From Promethearchaeota archaeon (GTDB lineage: Archaea > Asgardarchaeota > Thorarchaeia > Thorarchaeales > Thorarchaeaceae), in the NCBI GenBank assembly GCA_027031765.1, contig JALVPN010000144.1:9374-41373 (forward strand): DNA of 32,000 nt. Direction: 5' to 3'. The notes beneath the pieces are model-generated. The model was given only the letters and a program-made list of their open reading frames with translations, made no database searches and had not been told where the DNA came from. Of this stretch, positions 8,244 to 17,036 are shown piece by piece (position 1 is the stretch's first letter; each line of letters opens with the position of its first letter). A program made the position numbers and the translations under genes.

Positions 8244-10016
8244 CTACTCCAGCACGGCCTTTATCCGGACAAGACCGGCACCTATCTTCTTCTGCTTGAC
8301 TATACGGAACTTTCCAAGGACGCCTGTGCGCTCGACGTGGGGCCCACCACAGAGCTCCATGCTGAAGTCGCCCACCCGGTAGACAGACACCTCGTCACCA
8401 TAACGCTCTTTGAAGAAGGCGAGAGCCCCTGCAGCAATGGCCTCATCATAGGGCATGAACAGGTGCTCCACTTCGAGGTCCTGCTCGATTACCTCGTTGA
8501 CGAGACGCTCTACCTCCTGGATCTCCTCGGGAGTCAGTTTGCGTGGAAATGTGAAGTCGAAACGCAGGCGTTCCCGCGTAATGTTGCTGCCCATCTGGCG
8601 GACGCCTTCGCCTAGTACCTTTCGGAGTGCAGCCTGGAGGAGGTGGGTGGCTGTATGTAGCCTTGTAATCTCTTCGCTGTGGTCAGCAAGGCCACCCTTG
8701 AACTTGCCCTGTGTCGCAGTCCGGGAAATCTCCCGGTGGTGTTCAAACTGCCGCTGGAACTCTTCCATGTCGACAACAATCCCGCGCTCCTCTGCAATCT
8801 CCCGTGTCATCTCAGGGGGAAGACCGAAGCTTGTGAAGAGCAGGAACGCATCAGCGCCAGTGATGGTCCCAGTCTCGTTGAGGATCTTGTCCAGACGGCG
8901 GAGTGCCTTGTCCAGTGTGCGCCGGAACTTCTTCTCCTCTTCGACCAAGTTCTTCATCACGGAGTCACGGTTGCGCCCGACCTCCTCATAGACATCCTTG
9001 TAGATGTCAATCACAATCTCAGCCAAGCCGGGCAGAAAGCCGGGCTGGATTCCCAGACGGTCGGCACTCAGGATTGATTTTCGCAACAGCCGGCGGACAA
9101 TGTAGCCCTGCTCGACATTGGAGGGGGCAATGCGGCTGTCATCAGCCATTATCATGACCGCGGACTTTACGTGGTCAGCAATGATGCGGATGTTCGTGAT
9201 GTCCTCATCGTCAAAGTCCGTCTTTGGAGAAACAGACTTGATGTGTTCTATGAGTGGGCGGAATACCTCCGTTTCGAAGACCGTGGGGGCACCCTGGAGC
9301 ATTGCAGCTGTGCGTTCCACACCCATCCCGGTGTCGATGTTCTTGCGTTCCAGCCGCTCGTAGGTGCCGTCATCCTTCTTGTAGTACTCCATGAACACAT
9401 CGTTCCACACCTCGAACCAGTGCCCACATGAGCAGCCCGGTTGACAGTCAGGGCCACACTTTGGGATGTTGTCCTGTTCTATGAACATCTCAGTGTCAGG
9501 ACCACACGGGCCGGTCTTCCCAGCGGGCCCCCACCAGTTGTCCTTCTTTCCAAGGTAGAAGATGCGTTCTTCCGGGATGCCAAGCTCACGCCAGATCCTA
9601 GCCGACTCCTCGTCCCGGGGCGCGTCATCATCGCCAGCAAAGACGGTCACAGCAAGTTTTGCAGGGTCGAAGCCGAGCCACTCCTCCGAGGTGAGGAACT
9701 CGTGGCTCCAGGTGATGGCCTCTTTCTTCCAGTAGTCGCCAAGGCTCCAGTTGCCAAGCATCTCGAAGAATGTGAGGTGCGACGCGTCACCCACCTCGTC
9801 GATATCTGTCGTGCGGATACACTTTTGGCAGCTGGCCAGACGCGTCCCCTGGGGATGCGGCTGCCCCAGCAGATATGGTACAAGTGGGTGCATGCCGGCT
9901 GTCGTGAAGAGTACTGTGGGGTCGTTCTCGGGGATTAGGGAGGCCGAAGGAATGATGGCATGTCCCTTCTGTTTGAAGAACTCAAGGTACTTCTTCCGGA
10001 GCTCAGCCACACGCAT
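8244..10016 (-). CDS. alaS: Alanine--tRNA ligase, short (590 aa) bacterial-type form lacking C-Ala domain
   Basis: DPTVLFTTAGMHPL, QKCIRTTDIDEVG, HLTFFEMLGNWSLGDY, IDTGMGVER, editing motifs HTATHLL and ELCGGPHV. Ends right after the editing domain. Confidence 0.97.
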   Translation of the reverse strand: MRVAELRKKYLEFFKQKGHAIIPSASLIPENDPTVLFTTAGMHPLVPYLLGQPHPQGTRLASCQKCIRTTDIDEVGDASHLTFFEMLGNWSLGDYWKKEAITWSHEFLTSEEWLGFDPAKLAVTVFAGDDDAPRDEESARIWRELGIPEERIFYLGKKDNWWGPAGKTGPCGPDTEMFIEQDNIPKCGPDCQPGCSCGHWFEVWNDVFMEYYKKDDGTYERLERKNIDTGMGVERTAAMLQGAPTVFETEVFRPLIEHIKSVSPKTDFDDEDITNIRIIADHVKSAVMIMADDSRIAPSNVEQGYIVRRLLRKSILSADRLGIQPGFLPGLAEIVIDIYKDVYEEVGRNRDSVMKNLVEEEKKFRRTLDKALRRLDKILNETGTITGADAFLLFTSFGLPPEMTREIAEERGIVVDMEEFQRQFEHHREISRTATQGKFKGGLADHSEEITRLHTATHLLQAALRKVLGEGVRQMGSNITRERLRFDFTFPRKLTPEEIQEVERLVNEVIEQDLEVEHLFMPYDEAIAAGALAFFKERYGDEVSVYRVGDFSMELCGGPHVERTGVLGKFRIVKQKKIGAGLVRIKAVLE

Positions 10017-10075
10017 GGACTGTCACCAACCAGATCCACCAAGTATGCCGGACCAGTGACGCAATCTGCTCAGGC

Positions 10076-10090
10076 ATTTTAACGGTTTTG
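10076..10090 (-). promoter_or_regulatory. Candidate BRE-TATA promoter of alaS
   Basis: Minus strand reads CAAAACCGTTAAAAT about 60 bp upstream of the alaS start. Confidence 0.45.
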
Positions 10091-10095
10091 ATATC

Positions 10096-10587
10096 TCAAA
10101 TGAGGATGAGACCGGAGGGAGTCATCCGGTAACGTCGCAGGCGCGAGGCAATCCAAGGGTAGGAGTCCAGCCAGTCGAGGAACCGGTCATTTGAAACGAT
10201 GTCTGCATTGTGCTGCTGGGCCAGCTGGATGACAAAGAAGTCGTCATCACGACCTGCTGGTGCTTCTATCACCGTAGTGAGGCGGCTCAGCTCTCCAAGG
10301 TATGATGGGTCGGGGACATTGTGTTTCAGTGCAGCGGAAACCACAACAATTGGACGGAGGTGGGCGGATATCAGGCTCTTCAGTGCCAGCACGAGGTTCT
10401 TGGCATGTGGGCGCCCATCAGGGGACAGGTAATATGCAACATTGTTACCATCGACCACGACGGTCCTGCGCACTGTACGCGGCTGGTCGATGACCCGTTG
10501 TTTCGTACGGCACCGCTGGACATGTGCATCTAACCGCGCACGGTCAAACAGACGATTACAGAACGGGCATCTCGCACGTCTTGGCAT
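10096..10587 (-). CDS. NYN/PIN ribonuclease of the Zc3h12a (Regnase)-like family with N-terminal C2HC zinc finger
   Basis: CPFCNRLFDRARLDAHVQRC finger. VVVDGNNVAY, DDDFFVIQLAQQHNADIVSNDRFLDW acidic PIN/NYN motifs. Confidence 0.85.
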   Translation of the reverse strand: MPRRARCPFCNRLFDRARLDAHVQRCRTKQRVIDQPRTVRRTVVVDGNNVAYYLSPDGRPHAKNLVLALKSLISAHLRPIVVVSAALKHNVPDPSYLGELSRLTTVIEAPAGRDDDFFVIQLAQQHNADIVSNDRFLDWLDSYPWIASRLRRYRMTPSGLILI

Positions 10588-10752
10588 CCCGGTCAACACC
10601 AGCCAGTCTATCCCACACTCGTCCGATACACAGGGTCATGGATTGTCCTGACATGCTCCGTCCACAGGACTGCGCACAACAGACCCAAATTACTAATAGT
10701 CCTTTCGCACATATTATAGCTGGCGTCCGGTTTCCCACGTGTCCGTCCTCCC

Positions 10753-10790
10753 GGCGGCAACTGGTGGAATCGGGCGCCACTGCTGCCGCC
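10753..10790. other. GC-rich stem-loop in long divergent intergenic region
   Basis: GGCGGCA (10753-10759) pairs with TGCCGCC (10784-10790). Inner GGTGG/CCACT stem with a 9-nt loop. Confidence 0.45.
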
Positions 10791-11005
10791 TAGAGCATGT
10801 TGTTCGGAGCGGGGAAGCACAGGCATAATGCCTTGCCAGAACGCATGACATGCCGACACAAGAGTGACTGGTCAGATGGGGGATTACAACCAACACCGGC
10901 TGTCAGTTTCTAGGGACAGCTGGCCAGTCCCATCAAAGACATCGCAACGTGGAGGTAACGAAACTCTTTAGACGGGGAGGACGCGCACCGCATCGGCACC
11001 GAGGA

Positions 11006-11314
11006 ATGAGACCCGTGCAGTACTGTGTGATGGTCAAGGGCCCATGCAGGGGACGGATGTGTGACTTCTGGGCCAGGGTCAGGATCCGCAAGACTCCTGT
11101 TGACGAGCTGGTCAAGGGACTGCTGTCAACAGTCGGTCAGACTGATGAGGTTGCAGGTGCCAGTCTCGAGGATGCAGTGACAAGGTACTGGCAGTCCCTG
11201 GGATTGAAGGACATGGTACGACTGCAAGAGGAGGACCCGGGACTGGGTGCAAAGATCAGTGAAGTGGAGCAGAGGGTTCGACAGGTGCTTAGTATGCAAG
11301 GGGCGAGTCCCTAG
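11006..11314 (+). CDS. Hypothetical protein with Cys motif CxxxxxxCxxxxCDFW
   Basis: ORF 10949..11314, likely start ATG 11006 after GAGG. Amphipathic helical C-terminal half. Stop overlaps the convergent oxidoreductase stop. Confidence 0.6.
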   Translation: MRPVQYCVMVKGPCRGRMCDFWARVRIRKTPVDELVKGLLSTVGQTDEVAGASLEDAVTRYWQSLGLKDMVRLQEEDPGLGAKISEVEQRVRQVLSMQGASP

Positions 11315-12951
11315 CCTGGCATAGGCACCATGTTCTCACGGTTCAGGAGCCACTTGGGGTCGAGGGCCTGCTTGACGGCCTGGATTTCCCGGATGCCCTC
11401 TTCACCATACATCAGCTGGAGGAACGGTCTCTTCAGTTTTCCAATCCCGTGCTCAGCGGCCACGGTACCCCCAAGTTGGACTGCCTTCTCAGCGAACACA
11501 CGGTACAGCTCCATGCCCCTATGCACCTCGTCGGGGTCACGCGGGAGGATATTGACATGTAGGTGATTGTTCCCGATGTGCCCCCACACGACATGTTCTA
11601 GGCCCTCACGTTCCAGTGTTTCACGGTAGAAGTGGAGGTACTCCCATAGCGCTTCGTCAGGGACTGCCATGTCTGTCCCAATCTTGTGGACTTCGTGGTA
11701 GGTGCTCTTGCGTTTGGCGATTGTTGCATTCACGGTCTCAGGGACGAGGTGACGGACTGCCCGCTGTAGCTCCTCGTCCTGGCTGTCCATTGCAGCCCAA
11801 CTCATGTCGGAGGAACTATTGTGCGCGACCAGGCACTCCTCCAGTGCCACGAGATAACTCTCCATGTCCTCTTCACTATAGGGGAACTCAAAGTACACAA
11901 TGGCACGGGTCGTGTCACGGAGGACGGGGACTCTGATGCCTGCTGAAGGTGCGGTCTCCCGGATGAGATGCACGGCGTTGGGGCCAAGGTACTCTATTAG
12001 CTCTGGTCTGAGCGGGGTTGCGCCGCCACGCAGGTCCTCGACAAAGCCGACCGCGTCCTCCTCGGATGGAAAGAAGGCCATTATGCTCATGGTGTTCTCG
12101 GGGACGGGTGCAACCCGTAGCTCCACAAGCGAGAACACACCCAAGATACCCTCGCAGCCCACGAACAGGTCAATAAGGTCCATGTCTGGCCGTGCAAACA
12201 GGCCCGCCGCGTTCTTGGTCTGTGGCATCTGATATGTTGGGACACTGACCATCACCGAGCTCCCGTCACTCAGGACAACTTCGAACTTGCCGTCGTTTGC
12301 AGTCACCTGACCCCTTCGTATGTCAAGGACATCGCCGTTCATCAGTACGACCCGGACGCGTGTCACCCACCGACGCACCGCCCCATACCTGAAGGTGCGG
12401 GCTCCAGATGCATTGCAGGCAACTATGCCGCCCAAGAGTGCACTCGACTCCGTTGGGTCTACGGGGAAGGTGAACCGACGTGGGTCAGACTGGAAGCGTG
12501 TCCATGCACCGTCATGGCCGGGCACCTTGTCGGCCCCTGCAAACTCGATCTGTTTTGTCTTCACAGCATGTACAAAGTCCTCAAGGGACACCCCCGGCTC
12601 GGCGCCGACCAGATATGTGTCGTTGGCCTCGTCATACTGGATATACCGGTAGCGGGTCATCCGCTCAAGGTTGAGTGCTATACCCTCGAGGGGCACTGCA
12701 CCACCGGTCAGACCAGTGCGGGCCCCCTGCACAGTTACGGGGACGCCACGTCTGTTCGCATCAGCCAAGACTGCTGATATCTCCGCTTCGGAGGTCGGAA
12801 AGACGATGGCCTCCGGGTTCCCATCAAATGAGTGGCTCTCATCATCGAGGTACAGGGCATAGGTGTCGTGTATTTCGGACAGGTCGTTGATGACCCGCAC
12901 CTGTGACAGTTCAACGGGTTCGGGTCTTGTAGCGACAATACGGTTTGACAT
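11311..12951 (-). CDS. FAD-binding oxidoreductase (D-lactate dehydrogenase/GlcD family)
   Basis: VQGARTGLTGGAVP, PVDPTESSALLGGIVACNASGARTFRYG, GCEGILG, GHIGNNHLHVN, AAEHGIGKLK. Confidence 0.9.
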   Translation of the reverse strand: MSNRIVATRPEPVELSQVRVINDLSEIHDTYALYLDDESHSFDGNPEAIVFPTSEAEISAVLADANRRGVPVTVQGARTGLTGGAVPLEGIALNLERMTRYRYIQYDEANDTYLVGAEPGVSLEDFVHAVKTKQIEFAGADKVPGHDGAWTRFQSDPRRFTFPVDPTESSALLGGIVACNASGARTFRYGAVRRWVTRVRVVLMNGDVLDIRRGQVTANDGKFEVVLSDGSSVMVSVPTYQMPQTKNAAGLFARPDMDLIDLFVGCEGILGVFSLVELRVAPVPENTMSIMAFFPSEEDAVGFVEDLRGGATPLRPELIEYLGPNAVHLIRETAPSAGIRVPVLRDTTRAIVYFEFPYSEEDMESYLVALEECLVAHNSSSDMSWAAMDSQDEELQRAVRHLVPETVNATIAKRKSTYHEVHKIGTDMAVPDEALWEYLHFYRETLEREGLEHVVWGHIGNNHLHVNILPRDPDEVHRGMELYRVFAEKAVQLGGTVAAEHGIGKLKRPFLQLMYGEEGIREIQAVKQALDPKWLLNRENMVPMPG

Positions 12952-13111
12952 GGGAGTTCACCATGAGTTGCCGGACAGCAGACACGCCGCTGGCCAGCCT
13001 TCAAGTCCAAACTCAGTACTACACCACTAGAAAGATTTAGGGTTAACCATAGCGCCACTTTCAACGCTCAACACCATATTCGGTCACTGGCCAACGGGAG
13101 AAACTTGGACG

Positions 13112-14014
13112 TTGAGAGTCGTAGCAGTCTCGGACATACACGCAAGACCGAGTGGAGCAGATGCACCACTACTCGATGCCATCCACGATGTTGTCGAAGA
13201 GATGTCACCTGATGTGTTTGTGATTGCAGGTGACCTCAGTGAGCGCATCGACCACCTGCGAGAAAACCTAGCCCGCCTCCGGATCCGAGGAGTCCAAGGC
13301 CTGTACGTGGCTGGGAACCACGATGTCTGGTTTGAGGAGGACACTGGTCTCGGGTCACTTGAGAAGTACTCTAGGGCTATTGGACAGGCATGCAGTGCTG
13401 CGGGCTTCATCCATTTGCCAGACCAGTCTGTCATAGACGACAGTATCGCGTTCGTTGGCAGTATGGGGTGGTATGACTACTCGTTCAGGAGGGAGGACAT
13501 GGAGATCCCGCTGGAACAGTACGAGACAAAACAGTGTGGGAATGCGGTCTGGCTGGACTACTACAACATTGACTGGACCTTCACCGACAGGGAAATCACA
13601 GGACTGTTCAACGAGAAGCTGCGGTATGACCTCTCGATGCTGCCTAGAAGTGTTGAGCAGGTGGTATACGTGTCGCACCACCTGCCCTTCCGCGAGCTCA
13701 CAGTCTACATGGACAGACTGCCTTGGGACTTCTTCTCAGCATACATGGGGGCATCAAGTACAGGAGAGATACTGCTGGCAGACGGGCGCGTGGTGCTGAC
13801 CATTTCGGGGCACAGCCACATCCGGCGCACCATCAACATTGATGGGATTACTGCTGTTTCTGTCCCGCTCGGATATGGTAGGCCTCCTCCAAACGGGGTC
13901 ATGGATCTAGCGAAGAACGCCGTGGCAGAGATAGTAATCGGCGGGGATGGTGTGTGCCTACCATGGTTCGTCCAAGGGGACATCTGTGAGGGCCTGCCAT
14001 ACAAGTTCACCTGA
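13112..14014 (+). CDS. Calcineurin-like metallophosphoesterase
   Basis: SDIH, AGDL, GNHD, SHH, GHSH motifs in canonical order. Confidence 0.9.
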   Translation: MRVVAVSDIHARPSGADAPLLDAIHDVVEEMSPDVFVIAGDLSERIDHLRENLARLRIRGVQGLYVAGNHDVWFEEDTGLGSLEKYSRAIGQACSAAGFIHLPDQSVIDDSIAFVGSMGWYDYSFRREDMEIPLEQYETKQCGNAVWLDYYNIDWTFTDREITGLFNEKLRYDLSMLPRSVEQVVYVSHHLPFRELTVYMDRLPWDFFSAYMGASSTGEILLADGRVVLTISGHSHIRRTINIDGITAVSVPLGYGRPPPNGVMDLAKNAVAEIVIGGDGVCLPWFVQGDICEGLPYKFT

Positions 14015-14365
14015 CTCGTGCAGGGAATGCAGGGACAGCGGACTGACGCAGTTGACAGTGGAGGTGCTGTTGTGACCACCACCGGGGCACGACCAGAAGT
14101 GCAGCTGCGTGGCCGGAGGAGTACGAGAGCGGGCAGTCAATGGACTGGAAGACAAGTAACAATTGACGGTATGCAGGAACGCATGGCAGCGCTGCCCACA
14201 GACGCACTGGTGATGTGACAACACATGTTGGCAGATAATGAGGGAGGACTGGGATGGAGCTACTAGGCAGGCGAAGGGCCAGAATACGGCAGATTAATCA
14301 GACGGGATAGAGGCCAGTTCCAGTACGTATTGTCCCATAAGACACACCCGTGGGTGCGACATCAA

Positions 14366-15697
14366 ATGGACTGGCTGGGCGGACTCGTACTGGCAATCTT
14401 TGTGATGACGTATGCAATCATCAGCACAGAGAAGGTCAATCGGACGGCAATGTCGCTACTCGGGATGTCAGTCGTGGGTGTGGTACTCTGGGCCGCCTAT
14501 ACGTTGGGTCATCCGGACGGCCACCCGTTCCACGAACTGGTTTCTCATGTGGAGTGGAGCACAGTACTGTTCGTCACTGCAATGATGATAATTGTTGCAG
14601 TTGCCAGCGCCTCCGGGATGTTCCAGTACATCGCCCTCAACCTGGCCAGGCCAAGCGGCGGGAATCACAGGAGTCTCTTCATAGTCTTCATCTGTTTCGT
14701 GTTCGGGATGTCGCTGTTCTTCGACACAACATCGACCATGCTGATTATGGCACCGCTCACAATAGAGGTGTGCAAGGCACTCGATGTGGACTTCAGACCG
14801 TTCCTAGTATGCGAGTCTCTGACATGCAACTTTGCATCAATCCCCTCAATCGTTGGTGCGGTGCCAAACCTGGTCATTGCAGGCACGCTTGCAGAGAGCC
14901 CTGTGCAGACACCAATTGGAGTGTTCGCAGGGCAACTCTTCGTGGTGTTCCTCCCCCTCTCAATCATCCTGCTGGTCGTGACCCTGCCAATCATGCTCAA
15001 GTGGTATGAGAAGTCTTTCGGGACGACGGAGGAACACATAGTGGATGCGGTCTTTGACATCGACCCGGCATACATGATCAAGTCACGTGGCGCATTCTAT
15101 GCGTCTATCATTGCAATGGTAGCACTGATCATGGGTTTTGGCATCGGACCGCTCTTTGGTTTCGAGCCCATAATGATTGCACTCATAGTAGCGGCGCTGA
15201 TGCTCCTGCTGACCCACGAGAGAGTGAACGAGTTCCTAGGGGCCGTGGGATGGGACACGGTCTTCTTCCTCGTGGGCCTGTTCGGACTAGTCGTGGCACT
15301 CGAGTTCACGCACCTGATTGAGGAACTCGGCGACGCGGTAGATGTGCTCATAGGGGACAACCAAGTCGCAGCTGTCATTTTCCTCACATGGATCCCTGCA
15401 ATGCTCTCGGCTTTCCTCGACAACCTGCCGGTCTCTGCCGTGCTCGCGCCGATTGCGGCCGACTTCTCAACGGTCAGCCCGGTCATCCCGCTCGCACTCG
15501 TGTTTGCAGTGAACATTGGTGGATACCTGTTCACACCGCTCGGTTCACCCGCCAACATGGTGGCCATGGGGTTTGCTGAGAAGGAGGGACAGTACATCTC
15601 GTTCTCAGAGTTTGCCAAGATTGGCACTGTGCTCGGGCTCATCCACCTTGCGATTGGGACGGGATGGCTCCTATTGATGCTGCTCATCTTCGGATGA
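14366..15697 (+). CDS. ArsB/NhaD/SLC13-family (IT superfamily) ion transporter
   Basis: About 11-12 TMs. EKVNRT, FFDTTSTMLIMAP, SIVGAVPNLVI, SAFLDNLP, TPLGSPAN motifs. Start set at ATG 14366. Confidence 0.88.
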   Translation: MDWLGGLVLAIFVMTYAIISTEKVNRTAMSLLGMSVVGVVLWAAYTLGHPDGHPFHELVSHVEWSTVLFVTAMMIIVAVASASGMFQYIALNLARPSGGNHRSLFIVFICFVFGMSLFFDTTSTMLIMAPLTIEVCKALDVDFRPFLVCESLTCNFASIPSIVGAVPNLVIAGTLAESPVQTPIGVFAGQLFVVFLPLSIILLVVTLPIMLKWYEKSFGTTEEHIVDAVFDIDPAYMIKSRGAFYASIIAMVALIMGFGIGPLFGFEPIMIALIVAALMLLLTHERVNEFLGAVGWDTVFFLVGLFGLVVALEFTHLIEELGDAVDVLIGDNQVAAVIFLTWIPAMLSAFLDNLPVSAVLAPIAADFSTVSPVIPLALVFAVNIGGYLFTPLGSPANMVAMGFAEKEGQYISFSEFAKIGTVLGLIHLAIGTGWLLLMLLIFG

Positions 15698-15701
15698 CGT
15701 G

Positions 15702-16958
15702 TCACGTCCCCTCAGCATACGAGCGAGCATACTTGACCTGCTCGTCGTTCAACTCATCAATCCCAATTCCCATGGTGTGTAGTTTTGCAAGTGCGGTCTC
15801 ATGGTCGAGCTCTGTCGGGAAGTCGTACACTGCGGGCTTGAGAGTACGGCCGTGCTCCTTCAACCATAGCATGGCGTTCAACTGGCCTGCGAAGCTCAGG
15901 TCCATCACCTCACTGGGATGGCCCTCGGCCGCGACAAGGTTCACCAGACGACCCTCGGCCAAGAGGTACAGTCTACGTCCGTCCTCTAGGAGGTACTCGT
16001 CAAGCGCGTGTCGCACCCGCCGTTTCTTGACGGTCATTGAGAGCAGGTCAGGCTCGTTTATCTCTACATTGTAGTGCCCGGCGTTGCCGAGGATGGCCCC
16101 GTCCTTCATGACCTCCATGTGCTCCCTTGTAATCACGTCCTTCATCCCTGTGACAGTGATGAACAAGTCACCCTCTGCTGCAGCCTCGATCATGGGCATC
16201 ACACGGAACCCGTCCATCCTTGCCTGGAGGGCCCTCACAGGGTTGACCTCTGTGACAATCACATCGGCCCCAAGTCCTCTTGCACGCATTGCAAGGCCGC
16301 GACCACAGTACCCATAGCCACCGACCACGACGGTCTTGCCAGCAATAAGGATGGCTGAGGCCCGGAATACCCCGTCGAATACGCTCTGCCCCGTCCCGTA
16401 CACGTTATCGAACATGTGCTTGGTCGCAGCATCATTCACAGCCATTATCGGGTACTTCAGAGCACCGTCATCCGCCATGGCGCGGACACGGATGACACCC
16501 GTGGTCGTCTCTTCAGAGCCCCCATAGAGCGCAGGGATTAGCTCTTCATGCTTGCTGTGGAGCGTGAAAATCAGGTCTGCGCCGTCGTCAAGTGTCAGCG
16601 TTGGCCCAATCTTCAGCGCCTGCTCAATGCACCAGTAGTACTCCTCAGTGCTCAGTCCGTGCCACGCGAATATCGATATGTCATTTGCTGCGAGCGCGGC
16701 AGCAACACTGTCATTGGTCGACAGGGGGTTACAACCACACCATGCCACATCGGCGCCGAGGTCGCGTAGGGTCTCGACCAGCACGGCAGTTTCCTTGGTG
16801 ACGTGGAGGCAACCAGACACACGCATCCCCTTGAGGGGCGCATCTGTACGGTATTTCTCGCGCAGGTGCATCAGGACAGGCATGTGCCGTTCTGCATACT
16901 CAATCAGTAGTCGTCCCTCTTCAGCAAGTCCGATATCTCTGACCTTGTAGTCCGTCAT
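15702..16958 (-). CDS. ahcY: Adenosylhomocysteinase
   Basis: MPVL, SGCLHVTKETAVL, CNPLSTND, DDGADL, EETTTGV, KHMFDNVYGTGQS, GYGYCGRG, GHYNVEI, GHPSEVMDLSF. Start ATG 16958. Confidence 0.98.
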   Translation of the reverse strand: MTDYKVRDIGLAEEGRLLIEYAERHMPVLMHLREKYRTDAPLKGMRVSGCLHVTKETAVLVETLRDLGADVAWCGCNPLSTNDSVAAALAANDISIFAWHGLSTEEYYWCIEQALKIGPTLTLDDGADLIFTLHSKHEELIPALYGGSEETTTGVIRVRAMADDGALKYPIMAVNDAATKHMFDNVYGTGQSVFDGVFRASAILIAGKTVVVGGYGYCGRGLAMRARGLGADVIVTEVNPVRALQARMDGFRVMPMIEAAAEGDLFITVTGMKDVITREHMEVMKDGAILGNAGHYNVEINEPDLLSMTVKKRRVRHALDEYLLEDGRRLYLLAEGRLVNLVAAEGHPSEVMDLSFAGQLNAMLWLKEHGRTLKPAVYDFPTELDHETALAKLHTMGIGIDELNDEQVKYARSYAEGT

Positions 16959-17036
16959 GGTAGCCAACCCCGCAACACGTAAGTATATGAATGATACATA
17001 GCACGGTGTAATGAAATGCCCAGATGGGGGCATCAT

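Noticed and set aside
10600-10950. RNase P RNA, SRP RNA or SECIS element in the long intergenic region
   Set aside because: No GAGGAAAGUCC-type RNase P box or SRP helix-8 motif on either strand, and no selenoprotein candidate nearby.
11311-12951. FAD oxidoreductase as alkyl-DHAP synthase (ether lipid link)
   Set aside because: Motifs fit the broad GlcD/D-lactate dehydrogenase family equally well, and nothing visible singles out ADPS.
14015-14365. Fluoride (crcB) riboswitch upstream of the ion transporter, suggested by GATGGAG
   Set aside because: The downstream pairing partner (UGAUG/UAAUG followed by a CUCC-like segment) is not present.
15696-15708. Inverted repeat GACGTG-T-CACGTC at the convergent transporter/ahcY junction as a terminator
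   Set aside because: Short, overlaps both stop codons, has no U-tract, and could be chance.
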